From assembly GCA_030706385.1 (NCBI GenBank), contig JAUZOQ010000006.1, positions 1,196 through 65,195 of the forward strand: a stretch of 64,000 nucleotides of DNA, read 5' to 3'. The translations under genes were made by a program, and so were the position numbers. The notes under the pieces are model-generated. The model was given only the letters and a program-made list of their open reading frames with translations, did not search any database and was not told where the DNA came from. This document shows positions 18,606-27,966 of the stretch, in pieces (position 1 is the stretch's first letter; every line of letters starts with the position of its first letter). The stretch is from Bacteroidota bacterium (GTDB taxonomy: Bacteria > Bacteroidota > Ignavibacteria > Palsa-1295).

Positions 18606-18857
18606 ATGCGTAAAACTATTCTACTTTTGGCGCTCGGAATGTTCCTCAGCACCTCTGTTACAGCAAATGCATGCGACAAAGAAAAAGCTTCCATGAAATC
18701 ATCTAAGGCTCATGGATGCTGTATGAAGGGCAAAGCAATGAAAGATTGCATGACTAAGGACGGCAAAGATTGCTCGAAGGATCCAAATTGTGTGAAGGAT
18801 ATGAAAGCAAGCAAGACTTCGAAGACTTCTTTGAAGAAAACTGAAGGCAAGTCATAA
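18606..18857 (+). CDS. Small secreted Lys/Cys-rich protein (hypothetical; possibly metal- or thiol-binding)
   Basis: 83 aa. Signal peptide MRKTILLLALGMFLSTSVTANA. The mature roughly 60 aa carry 7 Cys and about 17 Lys (CDKEKASMKSSKAHGCCMKGKAMKDCMTKDGKDCSKDPNCVKDMK). A strong terminator follows. Confidence 0.5.
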   Translation: MRKTILLLALGMFLSTSVTANACDKEKASMKSSKAHGCCMKGKAMKDCMTKDGKDCSKDPNCVKDMKASKTSKTSLKKTEGKS

Positions 18858-18877
18858 CATTTCGGAATTGAGAGATA

Positions 18878-18909
18878 AAAAAAGGGACGTGTCCACGTCC
18901 CTTTTTTTA
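18878..18909. terminator. Bidirectional rho-independent terminator
   Basis: aaaaaagggacgtg-tc-cacgtccctttttttat. GC stem flanked by an A-run and a T-run. Sits between the convergent small Cys/Lys gene (+) and the T9SS gene (-). Confidence 0.6.
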
Positions 18910-18946
18910 TAGGAAAATTTCCGGCTGATCTATCTACCTAATAGAT

Positions 18947-20245
18947 TCATCTTTTAACAACAAAGGATTTCGTTTGCACTGAAGTACCTGTCTGGAGTCG
19001 ATAAAAATATGTTCCGTTAGGGATTGTCTCTGTGTTGAGGGTGAATATATGGATGCCAGGGGCTAAGATGCCTTGGCTCACAAGCTGAACCCGTCTGCCC
19101 AAGGCATCCACTACGTCAAGAGTAGCATTTACGGAATGATCTACGGAAACGGATAACTCGGTTGAGTAAGTAGCCGGGTTAGGGAAGTTCTGCGAAAGCC
19201 GGATGCCGCTGGATAATTGAGTATTGTTAACTCCGCTTGGAAGAAGAGTCCGCCAAAGACCGTTACTATCAGTAGATGCAAAGACTTTTCCTCTTGAGCT
19301 AAATCCAAGAGCGATCACTTCGGGATGAAATTTTGATAGCGCGGAATTGGGGAGTCCGACAGAGTAGTCTTCCCATCCAGCCCCATTATGTAAGAAGCGG
19401 AATACATATCCCTGCGATATCGAATCCTGCTTGACATCATCTCGAATACCGCCCCCTAAGAAAAGATCTCCTTCCGGGTTTATAACAAGAGCTTCAATAG
19501 TACGAGAACTGAAGTTCGTGCCCTTCGGGCCGTTAAACGTATCTCCTCCATCGGACGAGTGGAAGACTGCGCTGCTAGGATAGCCGCTGACCGCGAGTAA
19601 GACATCGGTTTCGGAAGTCGTCAGAATTGCCGTTATATCTCCGAATGTAGTTGGTGAAATATTCTTCCATACTAAACCACCATCGTGAGAGGCATAGGCC
19701 TCTTTGCTCGTACGATAATAAATATTCTGACCAAAAGCCGCAACCTGAAGTATCGGAGCTCCGTCTCCGGCGTCATGTTTCTTTTGCCACTGCTCCTCAC
19801 CTGATTTTCGCACCCACAAGCCTGTTGCCGAACCTGCGAATATTTCGTCTTTCCCAGGCGAATCAGCTGCCGCTCGAACGAAAAGACAGGTGATAGGAGG
19901 AAGATTGGCAGCCGGTACTTTCACCCAACTGCCATTGGTCGGATCAAGCGATGTATCCAACCCGAGAGGTGAGGACACATAATAGACGCCTGTCGTACCA
20001 ATTGCAAAACCTGTGATATTGGCATCTTCGAAATTGACTGTCAGAGTATTTCCCAAATCTCCGGAGTTAAACAAATGGCCAGCTATCGAATAGATCGTAT
20101 CGCCTGTGCCGGCAGTTATCTGGGTTGATCGATGGGTTCTGTTTATGCGCTCCCACGTTTGTGCACTGACAATGAACGGAGCGAATGCACAAGTAACAAA
20201 AGTAAGTGCAAGGAAGAGATTTCTGGCGAGGCAAGTGATCATCAT
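18947..20245 (-). CDS. Secreted BNR-repeat beta-propeller-like protein with a T9SS C-terminal domain
   Basis: Start reassigned to MMITCLARNLFLALTFVTCAFAPFIVSAQ (signal peptide); the track ORF continues to 20341 and overlaps the upstream gene. Asp-box-like SHDGGLVW and SSDGGDTF. C-terminus LSQNFPNPATYSTELSV...GTYFYRLQTGTSVQTKSFVVKR has the Por_Secre_tail pattern. Confidence 0.65.
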   Translation of the reverse strand: MMITCLARNLFLALTFVTCAFAPFIVSAQTWERINRTHRSTQITAGTGDTIYSIAGHLFNSGDLGNTLTVNFEDANITGFAIGTTGVYYVSSPLGLDTSLDPTNGSWVKVPAANLPPITCLFVRAAADSPGKDEIFAGSATGLWVRKSGEEQWQKKHDAGDGAPILQVAAFGQNIYYRTSKEAYASHDGGLVWKNISPTTFGDITAILTTSETDVLLAVSGYPSSAVFHSSDGGDTFNGPKGTNFSSRTIEALVINPEGDLFLGGGIRDDVKQDSISQGYVFRFLHNGAGWEDYSVGLPNSALSKFHPEVIALGFSSRGKVFASTDSNGLWRTLLPSGVNNTQLSSGIRLSQNFPNPATYSTELSVSVDHSVNATLDVVDALGRRVQLVSQGILAPGIHIFTLNTETIPNGTYFYRLQTGTSVQTKSFVVKR

Positions 20246-20246
20246 A

Positions 20247-21314
20247 CTATGGTTTAATAAATGGGATAACGTGGACTTCATCAAAATTGGCATCCCTTTC
20301 ACGAATATAAGCAAGCTTATCTTCTGAAGGAGACAAGGCAATTATCAGGAGAATATCGTCCGCAATCGAGATGTCATTGGATGTGACAAGATTGCGAGAT
20401 CTCATGTGGATCGTACTAGTTGAATCGTAAAAACTATAGACAATTACGTTGTTATCGTGAGTGACATCGAAGTTTTCAACTACGAAGTTTAAGACGTTGG
20501 CTCGAGCCGTGGTGGTAAGGTTAACACGGTCCACGGTGTAATTAAACGATGTACCGGTTTTGCTGCCGTTTCTGTTTCTTACGAAAAGATTGTTTGTTGC
20601 GGGGTCAAAAACTGCATTGTGGAATACTGCTTCTGCGCCAGCAATCACAGTACGAGGGATGCCTGTTGAGGTGGTATCGTAAATCGAAATATGGGCACCG
20701 ATGCTGTCGGCGCAATTGATTCCGAACGTGCCGTTATTGAGCCAAATACCCGAATTTGTCTCCACGCCATTGACATCAAAATGCGTGACTAGCCGTATTG
20801 GAGAATAACTAAGATCAAATACTTGGATTGTTTTTATTGGTTGAGCATCTGGTGAAGGAGTACCGACTGCATAGTGGAGATCACCGGATACGGTAATTAA
20901 GTGTAACTGAGTTGCCAGCTTTTCAAGATTCCCCGACTGTGGGCGATATCGATACAGATCTCCTTCAAGTTGAGTCACGATCGTGCTGCCATCGGCTGAA
21001 ACATAGAGGCTCGGGGAATACGAATCGATACTGCCGGTAATAGGGTCAATGGGTCGTGATTTCGGGTCTGTCTTGAATGTTTCCGCAAGAGAACCGTTAC
21101 CATCAAAACGAACAATGGAGTAGCCGACTGCGGGAATTGTCGAGGTCGAGGTTACCGAATACGACTGCATGAGGCCGAATAAGGAGCTTCCGTCGGCCTT
21201 CCATCGCAGTTCCACGTTGTGTTGGACTTGAGTGCTCTGCGTGCCGGAATCACAACCACTGTAGATTAGTAGCAATGGTAATAGATAGAGTGCACTCGAA
21301 ATTAATTTCTTCAT
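20247..21314 (-). CDS. Hypothetical lipoprotein, beta-rich
   Basis: Lipoprotein signal MKKLISSALYLLPLLLIYSGC (lipobox-like SGC). 355 aa, Ser/Thr/Asn-rich, no recognisable catalytic motif. Its stop abuts the start of the downstream T9SS gene with a 1-nt gap, consistent with an operon. Confidence 0.5.
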   Translation of the reverse strand: MKKLISSALYLLPLLLIYSGCDSGTQSTQVQHNVELRWKADGSSLFGLMQSYSVTSTSTIPAVGYSIVRFDGNGSLAETFKTDPKSRPIDPITGSIDSYSPSLYVSADGSTIVTQLEGDLYRYRPQSGNLEKLATQLHLITVSGDLHYAVGTPSPDAQPIKTIQVFDLSYSPIRLVTHFDVNGVETNSGIWLNNGTFGINCADSIGAHISIYDTTSTGIPRTVIAGAEAVFHNAVFDPATNNLFVRNRNGSKTGTSFNYTVDRVNLTTTARANVLNFVVENFDVTHDNNVIVYSFYDSTSTIHMRSRNLVTSNDISIADDILLIIALSPSEDKLAYIRERDANFDEVHVIPFIKP

Positions 21315-21484
21315 TTTGATCTGTATACCTTATGACACATTAAGTATAAACATTGTTACAGGAGAAAAGTCTCATGGAGTTTCGGGATATTATCCGCCAG
21401 TAGGACAAGGCGCATAGCGAAATGAAGGATTGAGTGAAACTAATCATCGTATTTTTGGTGTCCAAATAACAAACAGAGGATTTT

Positions 21485-22468
21485 ATGCATGCAATAATCC
21501 CGGTAGCCGGAGTGGGTTCGAGGCTTAGACCTCACACGTATACTTTACCGAAAGTTTTACTCAACGTTGCCGGCAAGCCAATTCTTGGTCATATACTAGA
21601 TCGACTTCGTGACGATGGAGTAACAAGCGCCACGGTAGTCGTCGGTTACATGGGAAACTTAGTTGAGAAGTACGTACGGACTCATCACCATGATCTAAAA
21701 GTGAATTTTGTCACCCAGGATGAATTGTTGGGTCTTGGTCACTCGATATGGATTGCCCGAGAATCCTTTCCACCGAAAGGCGAGCCTCTCCTCATTATAC
21801 TTGGGGACACCATTTTTGATGTTGATTTGAAGCCGGTGTTCGATTCAGGCATTAGCTCCTTAGGTGTTAAGATTGTTGATGATCCGCGGCGCTTCGGCGT
21901 TGCAGAATTATCCGGTGGGTATATTTCAAGGCTCGTTGAAAAGCCTGACCATCCGACCACAAACCTCGCCGTTGTAGGACTTTACTATATCAAGAATCCT
22001 GCACTGTTGCTTGAATGTTTGAACGATCTCGTCTCTGGAGACAAACGCACGAAAGGGGAATACCAGCTTACAGACGCTCTGCAAATGATGATTCAAAAGG
22101 GAGAGAAGTTCAAGACTTTCTCCGTTGATGAATGGTATGATTGTGGAAAACCCGAAACGCTGCTAAGTACGAACCGCCACCTACTTCAGCGTAACTCGAA
22201 GTCACGCGACATTCCTGGCGTAGTTACGATTCCTCCCGTTTACATTGCGGCGAATGCTGATATTGCCAACTCAATCGTTGGTCCTTATGCAACGATCGGA
22301 GAGGGGGCACGGGTGAGGGATTCGATCATTCGAAATAGTATCATTGGAGATGAATCTGGAGTCAGTGGTGTTCTCTTGGACAATTCTATTATTGGAAATA
22401 ACGGCGTTGTCAAAGGTGGATTTAAACGTGTGAATGCCGGAGACTCATCTGAAGTCGACTTTCAGTGA
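21485..22468 (+). CDS. Sugar-1-phosphate nucleotidyltransferase with a C-terminal left-handed beta-helix (hexapeptide) domain
   Basis: N-terminus MHAIIPVAGVGSRLRPHTYTLPKVLLNVAGKPILGHILDRL (the G-x-G-x-R-L NDP-sugar pyrophosphorylase motif). C-terminal hexapeptide repeats (IANSIVGPYATIGEGARVRDSIIRNSIIGDESGV...). Confidence 0.7.
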   Translation: MHAIIPVAGVGSRLRPHTYTLPKVLLNVAGKPILGHILDRLRDDGVTSATVVVGYMGNLVEKYVRTHHHDLKVNFVTQDELLGLGHSIWIARESFPPKGEPLLIILGDTIFDVDLKPVFDSGISSLGVKIVDDPRRFGVAELSGGYISRLVEKPDHPTTNLAVVGLYYIKNPALLLECLNDLVSGDKRTKGEYQLTDALQMMIQKGEKFKTFSVDEWYDCGKPETLLSTNRHLLQRNSKSRDIPGVVTIPPVYIAANADIANSIVGPYATIGEGARVRDSIIRNSIIGDESGVSGVLLDNSIIGNNGVVKGGFKRVNAGDSSEVDFQ

Positions 22469-22503
22469 TTAGGAATTGTCGTTATACTCTGAGGCTACAT
22501 TTT

Positions 22504-22511
22504 TAATTTTG
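22504..22511 (+). promoter_or_regulatory. Candidate Bacteroidota-type sigma-A -7 element (TAnnTTTG) upstream of metK
   Basis: TAATTTTG lies about 40 nt upstream of the metK ATG. A possible TTG -33 element at 22476-22478 gives a spacer of about 25 nt, longer than ideal. Confidence 0.25.
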
Positions 22512-22549
22512 AGATCAACATTACTTTCTAATTCATATTAATTCTTTCT

Positions 22550-23704
22550 ATGTCGTACCTATTTACATCCGAATCCGTTTCTGAAGGACATCCAGATAAG
22601 GTTGCCGATCAAATTTCTGATGCGGTTCTCGACGCTCTACTTGCTCAAGACCCAGATTCCCGCGTTGCTTGCGAAACGTTTGTCACAACAGGTTTGACCG
22701 TTGTCGGTGGGGAAGTTACAACAAAGGGATATATAAATATTCAGGAGATTGTTCGTGAAGTCATTAACCGGATCGGCTATACGAAAGCAGAGTATATGTT
22801 CGATGGAAATTCCTGCGGTGTTCTCAGCGCAATACACTCTCAATCGAGAGATATCGCCATGGGTGTCGATACTGGTGGCGCAGGCGATCAGGGAATGATG
22901 TTTGGTTATGCGACAAACGAGACACCCGAGTATATGCCGGCTTCTCTCGTTTTTTCACACCGACTCGTTAAGCGTCTGGCTGATATCCGTAAGAACGAAC
23001 CGAACTTGATGCCGTACCTTCGGCCGGATTCTAAATCTCAGGTTACAGTAGAATACGACGGTCATGAGCTAAAGCGAGTCCACACAGTAGTAGTTTCTAC
23101 TCAGCATGATCCTGACGTCAAGCAGGAGACAATTCGTAAAGATGTGATTGCTCATGTAATCAATCAAGTCATTCCGGGCAATATGATGGATGACTCCGTA
23201 ATCATTCACGTTAACCCTACCGGTAATTTCGAGATTGGCGGACCTCATGGTGATACCGGTCTTACGGGTCGCAAGATCATCGTGGATACCTATGGCGGTA
23301 AAGCACCGCATGGTGGAGGAGCATTTAGTGGTAAGGATCCTTCGAAAGTCGATCGCTCGGCTGCATACGCAGCGCGTCATGTGGCAAAGAATATCGTGGC
23401 AGCCGAATTGGCCGATGAATGTACTGTTCAGGTTGCATACGCGATCGGAGTGGCTAAGCCTGTATCGATTAATGTAACGACTCACGGAACCGGCAAGATT
23501 GCCGATGAGGATTTGGAGCAGATCGTCAAAGACCATGTAGATCTTACTCCGCGTGGCATAATCACCCGGCTCGATCTGAAGCGTCCGATCTATCAGGCTA
23601 CTGCTGCCTACGGTCATTTCGGCAGGGATGAGTTTTCATGGGAGAAACTCGACCTCGTTCCGATCTTCAAGAAGGCTGCCGAGAAGATGATGGTATCCGC
23701 ATAA
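22550..23704 (+). CDS. metK: S-adenosylmethionine synthetase
   Basis: [29 protein letters not shown] plus the downstream [22 protein letters not shown] signature. 384 aa. Confidence 0.95.
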   Translation: MSYLFTSESVSEGHPDKVADQISDAVLDALLAQDPDSRVACETFVTTGLTVVGGEVTTKGYINIQEIVREVINRIGYTKAEYMFDGNSCGVLSAIHSQSRDIAMGVDTGGAGDQGMMFGYATNETPEYMPASLVFSHRLVKRLADIRKNEPNLMPYLRPDSKSQVTVEYDGHELKRVHTVVVSTQHDPDVKQETIRKDVIAHVINQVIPGNMMDDSVIIHVNPTGNFEIGGPHGDTGLTGRKIIVDTYGGKAPHGGGAFSGKDPSKVDRSAAYAARHVAKNIVAAELADECTVQVAYAIGVAKPVSINVTTHGTGKIADEDLEQIVKDHVDLTPRGIITRLDLKRPIYQATAAYGHFGRDEFSWEKLDLVPIFKKAAEKMMVSA

Positions 23705-23730
23705 GGTATATTTGTCCATGTTACTATCTG

Positions 23731-23759
23731 AAAGGGCGCATCGAATGTGCCCTTTTTTA
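23731..23759 (+). terminator. Rho-independent terminator after metK
   Basis: gggcgca-tcgaa-tgtgccc followed by ttttttat. Confidence 0.55.
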
Positions 23760-23838
23760 TTAGATATTGTTGAGAAGTATTCAGTAGGTACTATCGATTG
23801 ATTCTCAGAATTAAACTTTGTCCTTAGTTTTGTACCCG

Positions 23839-24777
23839 ATGGTTAAACAATTCGATCTCGTCGGAATTGGTGAATGCCTCATCGAACTACGTGAGGAGTC
23901 ACCTGATCTCTATAGGCAATCGGTCGCTGGCGATGTGTTTAATACATTGTTCTATGCTTCCCGTTTAGGAATGAGAACAGGTTTCATTTCAGAACTCGGA
24001 TCGGACCCGTTCACGGCTGATATTTTGCAGGTAATTCATGACGAAAGTATAGACAAATCTTACGTCGCCCATTCCGATTCAAAAACGAATGGCCTCTATC
24101 TTATTTCAACTAATGAATTGGGAGAACCGGATTATTCATTTTGGAGAAATGATTCGGCAGCGCGCCAAACCCTGAGTACGGTCGATCGGACCAAAGTTGC
24201 AGCTTATCTTTCTTCGGCAGAATATTTTCATTTCTCTGCGATCGCATTTGCAATACTAAACGATCGAGAAAAATTAATACCATTGATCAAAGGCCTTGTT
24301 GGATCGACGAAAATTAGTTTCGATACGAATTTTCGGAAGGGCCTGTGGGATGATGTAGGTATATTGCGAAAGTTTATCGAATCGTCATCTCCCTTTGTCG
24401 ATGTCCTTTTTGTGTCAAAAGCTGATGACGAGAAGATTTACTTTGCCAGGCCGGCCGAGTCTGCAATGACATTCTATCGGGAATTAGGTTATCGGATGGT
24501 TATTTATAAACAAGGACGTGATGACGTTCTCGGATGGGATGGAAAAAAAATATTTGAGATTCCTCCCATCGAAAATGCCATTGTTGTCGATGCAACTGCA
24601 GCCGGAGATGCATTCAATGCCGGATTCATTGCTGCACAGAGCAAAGGATATAGTTTTGAGGATTCAATAGAGGCTGGTAACTTATGTGCAGCCTTCGTTA
24701 TTGGAAGGCCTGGCGGTATAGCCCAGGATTTTGATGTGAGTTTGCCCAATCATCGACACGACAGGACATCTAGATAA
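23839..24777 (+). CDS. PfkB-family carbohydrate kinase (ribokinase/KdgK-like)
   Basis: N-terminal DLVGIGECLIELRE and the PfkB signature AAGDAFNAGFIAA near the C-terminus. The track ORF starts 21 nt earlier at 23818. The stop overlaps the next gene's ATG (TAATG). Confidence 0.75.
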   Translation: MVKQFDLVGIGECLIELREESPDLYRQSVAGDVFNTLFYASRLGMRTGFISELGSDPFTADILQVIHDESIDKSYVAHSDSKTNGLYLISTNELGEPDYSFWRNDSAARQTLSTVDRTKVAAYLSSAEYFHFSAIAFAILNDREKLIPLIKGLVGSTKISFDTNFRKGLWDDVGILRKFIESSSPFVDVLFVSKADDEKIYFARPAESAMTFYRELGYRMVIYKQGRDDVLGWDGKKIFEIPPIENAIVVDATAAGDAFNAGFIAAQSKGYSFEDSIEAGNLCAAFVIGRPGGIAQDFDVSLPNHRHDRTSR

Positions 24778-27185
24778 TGACGGAAGATATTTACATGATC
24801 GGGAATGCTCACCTTGATCCGGCGTGGATGTGGCGCTTGGAAGAAGGATTTGAGGCGTTCCTTGCAACGTGCAGATCAGCACTCCAGAGGATTGAGGAGA
24901 CTCCGGGATTCATATTCACTGCATCGAGCGCGTCGCATTATGAATTTGTCGAGTTAACCGACCCGGCACTGTTTCGTCAAATCCAAGAGCAGGTAAAACT
25001 GGGACGATGGTCTGTTGTTGGCGGATGGTGGACGGAATCAGATTGTAACATTCCAAGCGGCGAAGCCTTTATTCGTCAAGGTCTCTACGGTCAAAAATTC
25101 TTCGAATCTCGGTTTGGGATAAAATCCAAATCTGGATTCTGTATTGACTCATTTGGGCATAACGCGAATTTACCGCAGCTACTCAGACATTGCGGTATGA
25201 ACAACTATGTCTTTATGCGGCCTGAACAGGATGAAAAAAAACTAGATAGTTCCTTATTCAGATGGGCGGCTTCGGGCGACGCAGAGGTTATGGCGTACCG
25301 AATTCCTCTGCATTATTCAAATTATAGAAACACGATTCAGGAAAAGTTGAAGCTTCTCCGGGAGTATTCTTTGTATCGACCATCTTTGCCATGGATGGTA
25401 TTCTATGGTGTGGGAAACCACGGTGGTGGCCCTACGCGAGCACAGATATCTCAGATAATTGAGCAACAACGATCCAATAAGGATTTTCGCATATCGTTTT
25501 CCTCAGTCGATGATTTCTTTGAATGTATCTCAAGGAGAGGGATCGAACTGCCAGTTGTAGAGGGGGAATTCCAGCCGCATGCCATAGGCTGTTATAGCGC
25601 CCATTCTGAAATTAAGAGACTGAATCGACAGGTAGAAAATTCACTTTTGCGTTCTGAAAAATTGTCCATGCTTGCTGAACTGTCTATACCTCACTTCAAC
25701 GCGAAGTGGGGCGAATATGATGGTGCATGGAAAAATCTGCTGCTCAATAACTTCCATGATATTTTGGGTGGTGTCAGTATCATAGAAGCATGCAACGATG
25801 CAATAGATCTATACTCTGAAGCTCTCGCGATTTCGGCCAGAAAGGAGCGGATTGCGGTGCAAGTACTGTGTAACGCGCTTGACACTCATGATTCTGTCGA
25901 GTCACTAATTGTTATCAATCCCCAAGCCTGGGATATAATGCAGCCTATAGAGTTTGAGCTCTGGCACCCGGAAGCTAGTGAAAAGAACGACAAACTTTCG
26001 GGTGTGTCGCTTAAGGGCGAGAATGGGAAGAGCATCCCTTCCCAAAAGATTGAATCCTCCGGCAAGATTGGCGAAGACCGTGTTCGATTTACGAGCCAAG
26101 TATCTGTTCGAAGTTTCGGATGGACCAAACTTGTAGTAAATAGGGAAACTGTAATGCCGGTCGAAAGGAGTTCGATCAAGGCTACCGAGAATATCCTTTC
26201 TAACGGACTGTGCGGTATTGCGTTCGACGGAGGGGTAGACGAGAATTTGATTCCCTACACTCCGGCGCAGGTGTTTATGGATGAATCCGACACCTGGGGC
26301 CACGGCATCACGGGGTTTAATACTTCAAAAGGACTATTTAAAATCCAGAGGATCTCCGTTTTAGAGAAGGGCCCTGTTCGTGGCCGAGTTAGGGTAGAAA
26401 GTGCGTACGGCAATTCAAGAATGGAAGAAGATTTTATTCTTTATAGTGAGGAGAACATTATCGAACAACGTATATATCTCGATTGGCGAAAGCCGAACGC
26501 AGTACTAAAACTCAGATATCCACATCAGTGTAAGTACCCGAAGACATTCTTTGAAATTCCTTATGGCTTCATTGAACGCCCAATTTCAAAGAATGAAGTG
26601 CCAGGCGGTGCCTGGGCATTTGTGCAAGACGATTCCAAAGGTCTCGGCATCATTAATAACGCGAAATCAAGTTATTCTTCGGACGAGAATTTTCTGTACT
26701 TGACCTGCGCAAGGTCTCCATTATTTGCTCACCATGCCCCTCCTCACATTTCGAGTACCACTGAGTCAAAGAGATACCTGGATCAAGGAGAGCAAGAATT
26801 TAGCATACGTCTGATTACCGGATGCAAAACTTGGCAGGACGCGAACATGGCTAGAAGAACAACGGAGTTCTTGCAACCGGTTGTAGTGCATGTAGAAACT
26901 GCTCATAATGGAGACTTGGAATCGAAGTCGCACACGATTAGTGTTACCCCTTCGAATATCCTAGTAAGTGCGATCAAGCGGTCCTATTCCGATAGTGATT
27001 CGTCGACTATATTTAGAGTGGTCGAAACTGCTGGAATTGGATGCGAAGCCACATTAGATGTCCCAGAACTTAATGTTTCTTGGAAATCGAGATTTCGGCC
27101 GATGGAGCTAAAATCATTCCGAATTAGGGACGGTAAAGTATTGGAAGTCAATGGATTAGAAGAGCAATTAATAACTCCGATTTAG
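24777..27185 (+). CDS. Glycoside hydrolase family 38 alpha-mannosidase (cytoplasmic)
   Basis: N-terminus IGNAHLDPAWMWRLEEGFEAF (the GH38 HxDxxW catalytic-domain opening). 802 aa. No signal peptide. Confidence 0.8.
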   Translation: MTEDIYMIGNAHLDPAWMWRLEEGFEAFLATCRSALQRIEETPGFIFTASSASHYEFVELTDPALFRQIQEQVKLGRWSVVGGWWTESDCNIPSGEAFIRQGLYGQKFFESRFGIKSKSGFCIDSFGHNANLPQLLRHCGMNNYVFMRPEQDEKKLDSSLFRWAASGDAEVMAYRIPLHYSNYRNTIQEKLKLLREYSLYRPSLPWMVFYGVGNHGGGPTRAQISQIIEQQRSNKDFRISFSSVDDFFECISRRGIELPVVEGEFQPHAIGCYSAHSEIKRLNRQVENSLLRSEKLSMLAELSIPHFNAKWGEYDGAWKNLLLNNFHDILGGVSIIEACNDAIDLYSEALAISARKERIAVQVLCNALDTHDSVESLIVINPQAWDIMQPIEFELWHPEASEKNDKLSGVSLKGENGKSIPSQKIESSGKIGEDRVRFTSQVSVRSFGWTKLVVNRETVMPVERSSIKATENILSNGLCGIAFDGGVDENLIPYTPAQVFMDESDTWGHGITGFNTSKGLFKIQRISVLEKGPVRGRVRVESAYGNSRMEEDFILYSEENIIEQRIYLDWRKPNAVLKLRYPHQCKYPKTFFEIPYGFIERPISKNEVPGGAWAFVQDDSKGLGIINNAKSSYSSDENFLYLTCARSPLFAHHAPPHISSTTESKRYLDQGEQEFSIRLITGCKTWQDANMARRTTEFLQPVVVHVETAHNGDLESKSHTISVTPSNILVSAIKRSYSDSDSSTIFRVVETAGIGCEATLDVPELNVSWKSRFRPMELKSFRIRDGKVLEVNGLEEQLITPI

Positions 27186-27199
27186 CGGTGCCTCTCTTT

Positions 27200-27227
27200 G
27201 TAACTTTAGTTGAGATAAAGCGTTTTC
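27200..27227 (+). promoter_or_regulatory. Candidate ECF-type autoregulated promoter (AAC-N16-CGT) upstream of the ECF sigma factor gene
   Basis: GTAACTTT-16 nt-CGTTTT, lying 30-55 nt upstream of the sigma gene start. Confidence 0.3.
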
Positions 27228-27255
27228 TTAATACGAAACACGTGCAGAAGCTAAC

Positions 27256-27927
27256 TTGATGCAGTTCTTGATGTCAGAAGGCAGGAAGCCGAAAACGAAC
27301 GTAACCTTTTCAGATGAGGAGTTGTGGATCACCTTCAGGGAAGGTGATGATTCGGCGTATACCCTTCTGTATTTCCGATATGCCGATAGGCTGTATTCCT
27401 ATCTGAGGTTATTGCTCGGCTCTGGCCCTGAACGGCACAACATCGAAGATGTATTTCAGGAAACCTGGATTCGCGTATATCGAGAAAAAGAAAAGTTTGA
27501 AATACGTGACGCGGGAACATTTAGCGGCTGGCTTTTCAGAATTGCTCACAATTTTGCCATCAGCTTGGTCCGACGACCGCATTATGTCTCCTCATTTAAT
27601 GAACTGGCTGACGACAAGTTTCTTTATGACTATGCATCTACAAGTGCTCAAGATACCTTGCATGATGAGCACAGTGCGCAGGAAATACTCGCTTTGCTTC
27701 GTGCCGTGGTCGAAGAATTGCCATTATCCTTAAGAGAGGTCTATCTGCTGTCTGAGTTTGAGAGAATGAATATGGATCAAGTTGTGGAGACGCTCGGAGT
27801 GACTAAGGCGAATGCGAAGGTGCGGCTTTTCAGGGCGAGGAAGATCGTTAGAGAACGGATGGTAGTGGTTTTGGGAATCGATAAGAATGTTGCCGACAAT
27901 ATGAAAGGCCATGATAATCTTATCTGA
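27256..27927 (+). CDS. RNA polymerase ECF-type sigma-70 factor
   Basis: Region 2 (FQETWIRVYREKEKF, LFRIAHNFAISLVRR) and region 4 (REVYLLSEFERMNMDQVVETLGVTKANAKVRLFRARKIVRERM). 223 aa. Confidence 0.85.
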   Translation: MMQFLMSEGRKPKTNVTFSDEELWITFREGDDSAYTLLYFRYADRLYSYLRLLLGSGPERHNIEDVFQETWIRVYREKEKFEIRDAGTFSGWLFRIAHNFAISLVRRPHYVSSFNELADDKFLYDYASTSAQDTLHDEHSAQEILALLRAVVEELPLSLREVYLLSEFERMNMDQVVETLGVTKANAKVRLFRARKIVRERMVVVLGIDKNVADNMKGHDNLI

Positions 27928-27966
27928 ATTCGCTGGATTCTAAGTTGATTTTTATTTCGTACGCAT

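Noticed and set aside
18947-20341. Track ORF start at 20341 for the T9SS/BNR protein
   Set aside because: That start would overlap the upstream lipoprotein gene by 95 nt. The internal Met at 20245 gives a textbook signal peptide and leaves a 1-nt gap after the upstream stop.
22469-22549. Possible SAM riboswitch upstream of metK
   Set aside because: The intergenic region is only about 80 nt, AT-rich, and lacks the GC-rich paired regions and conserved cores of SAM-I, SAM-II or SAM-SAH riboswitches. Only a promoter-like TAATTTTG was seen.
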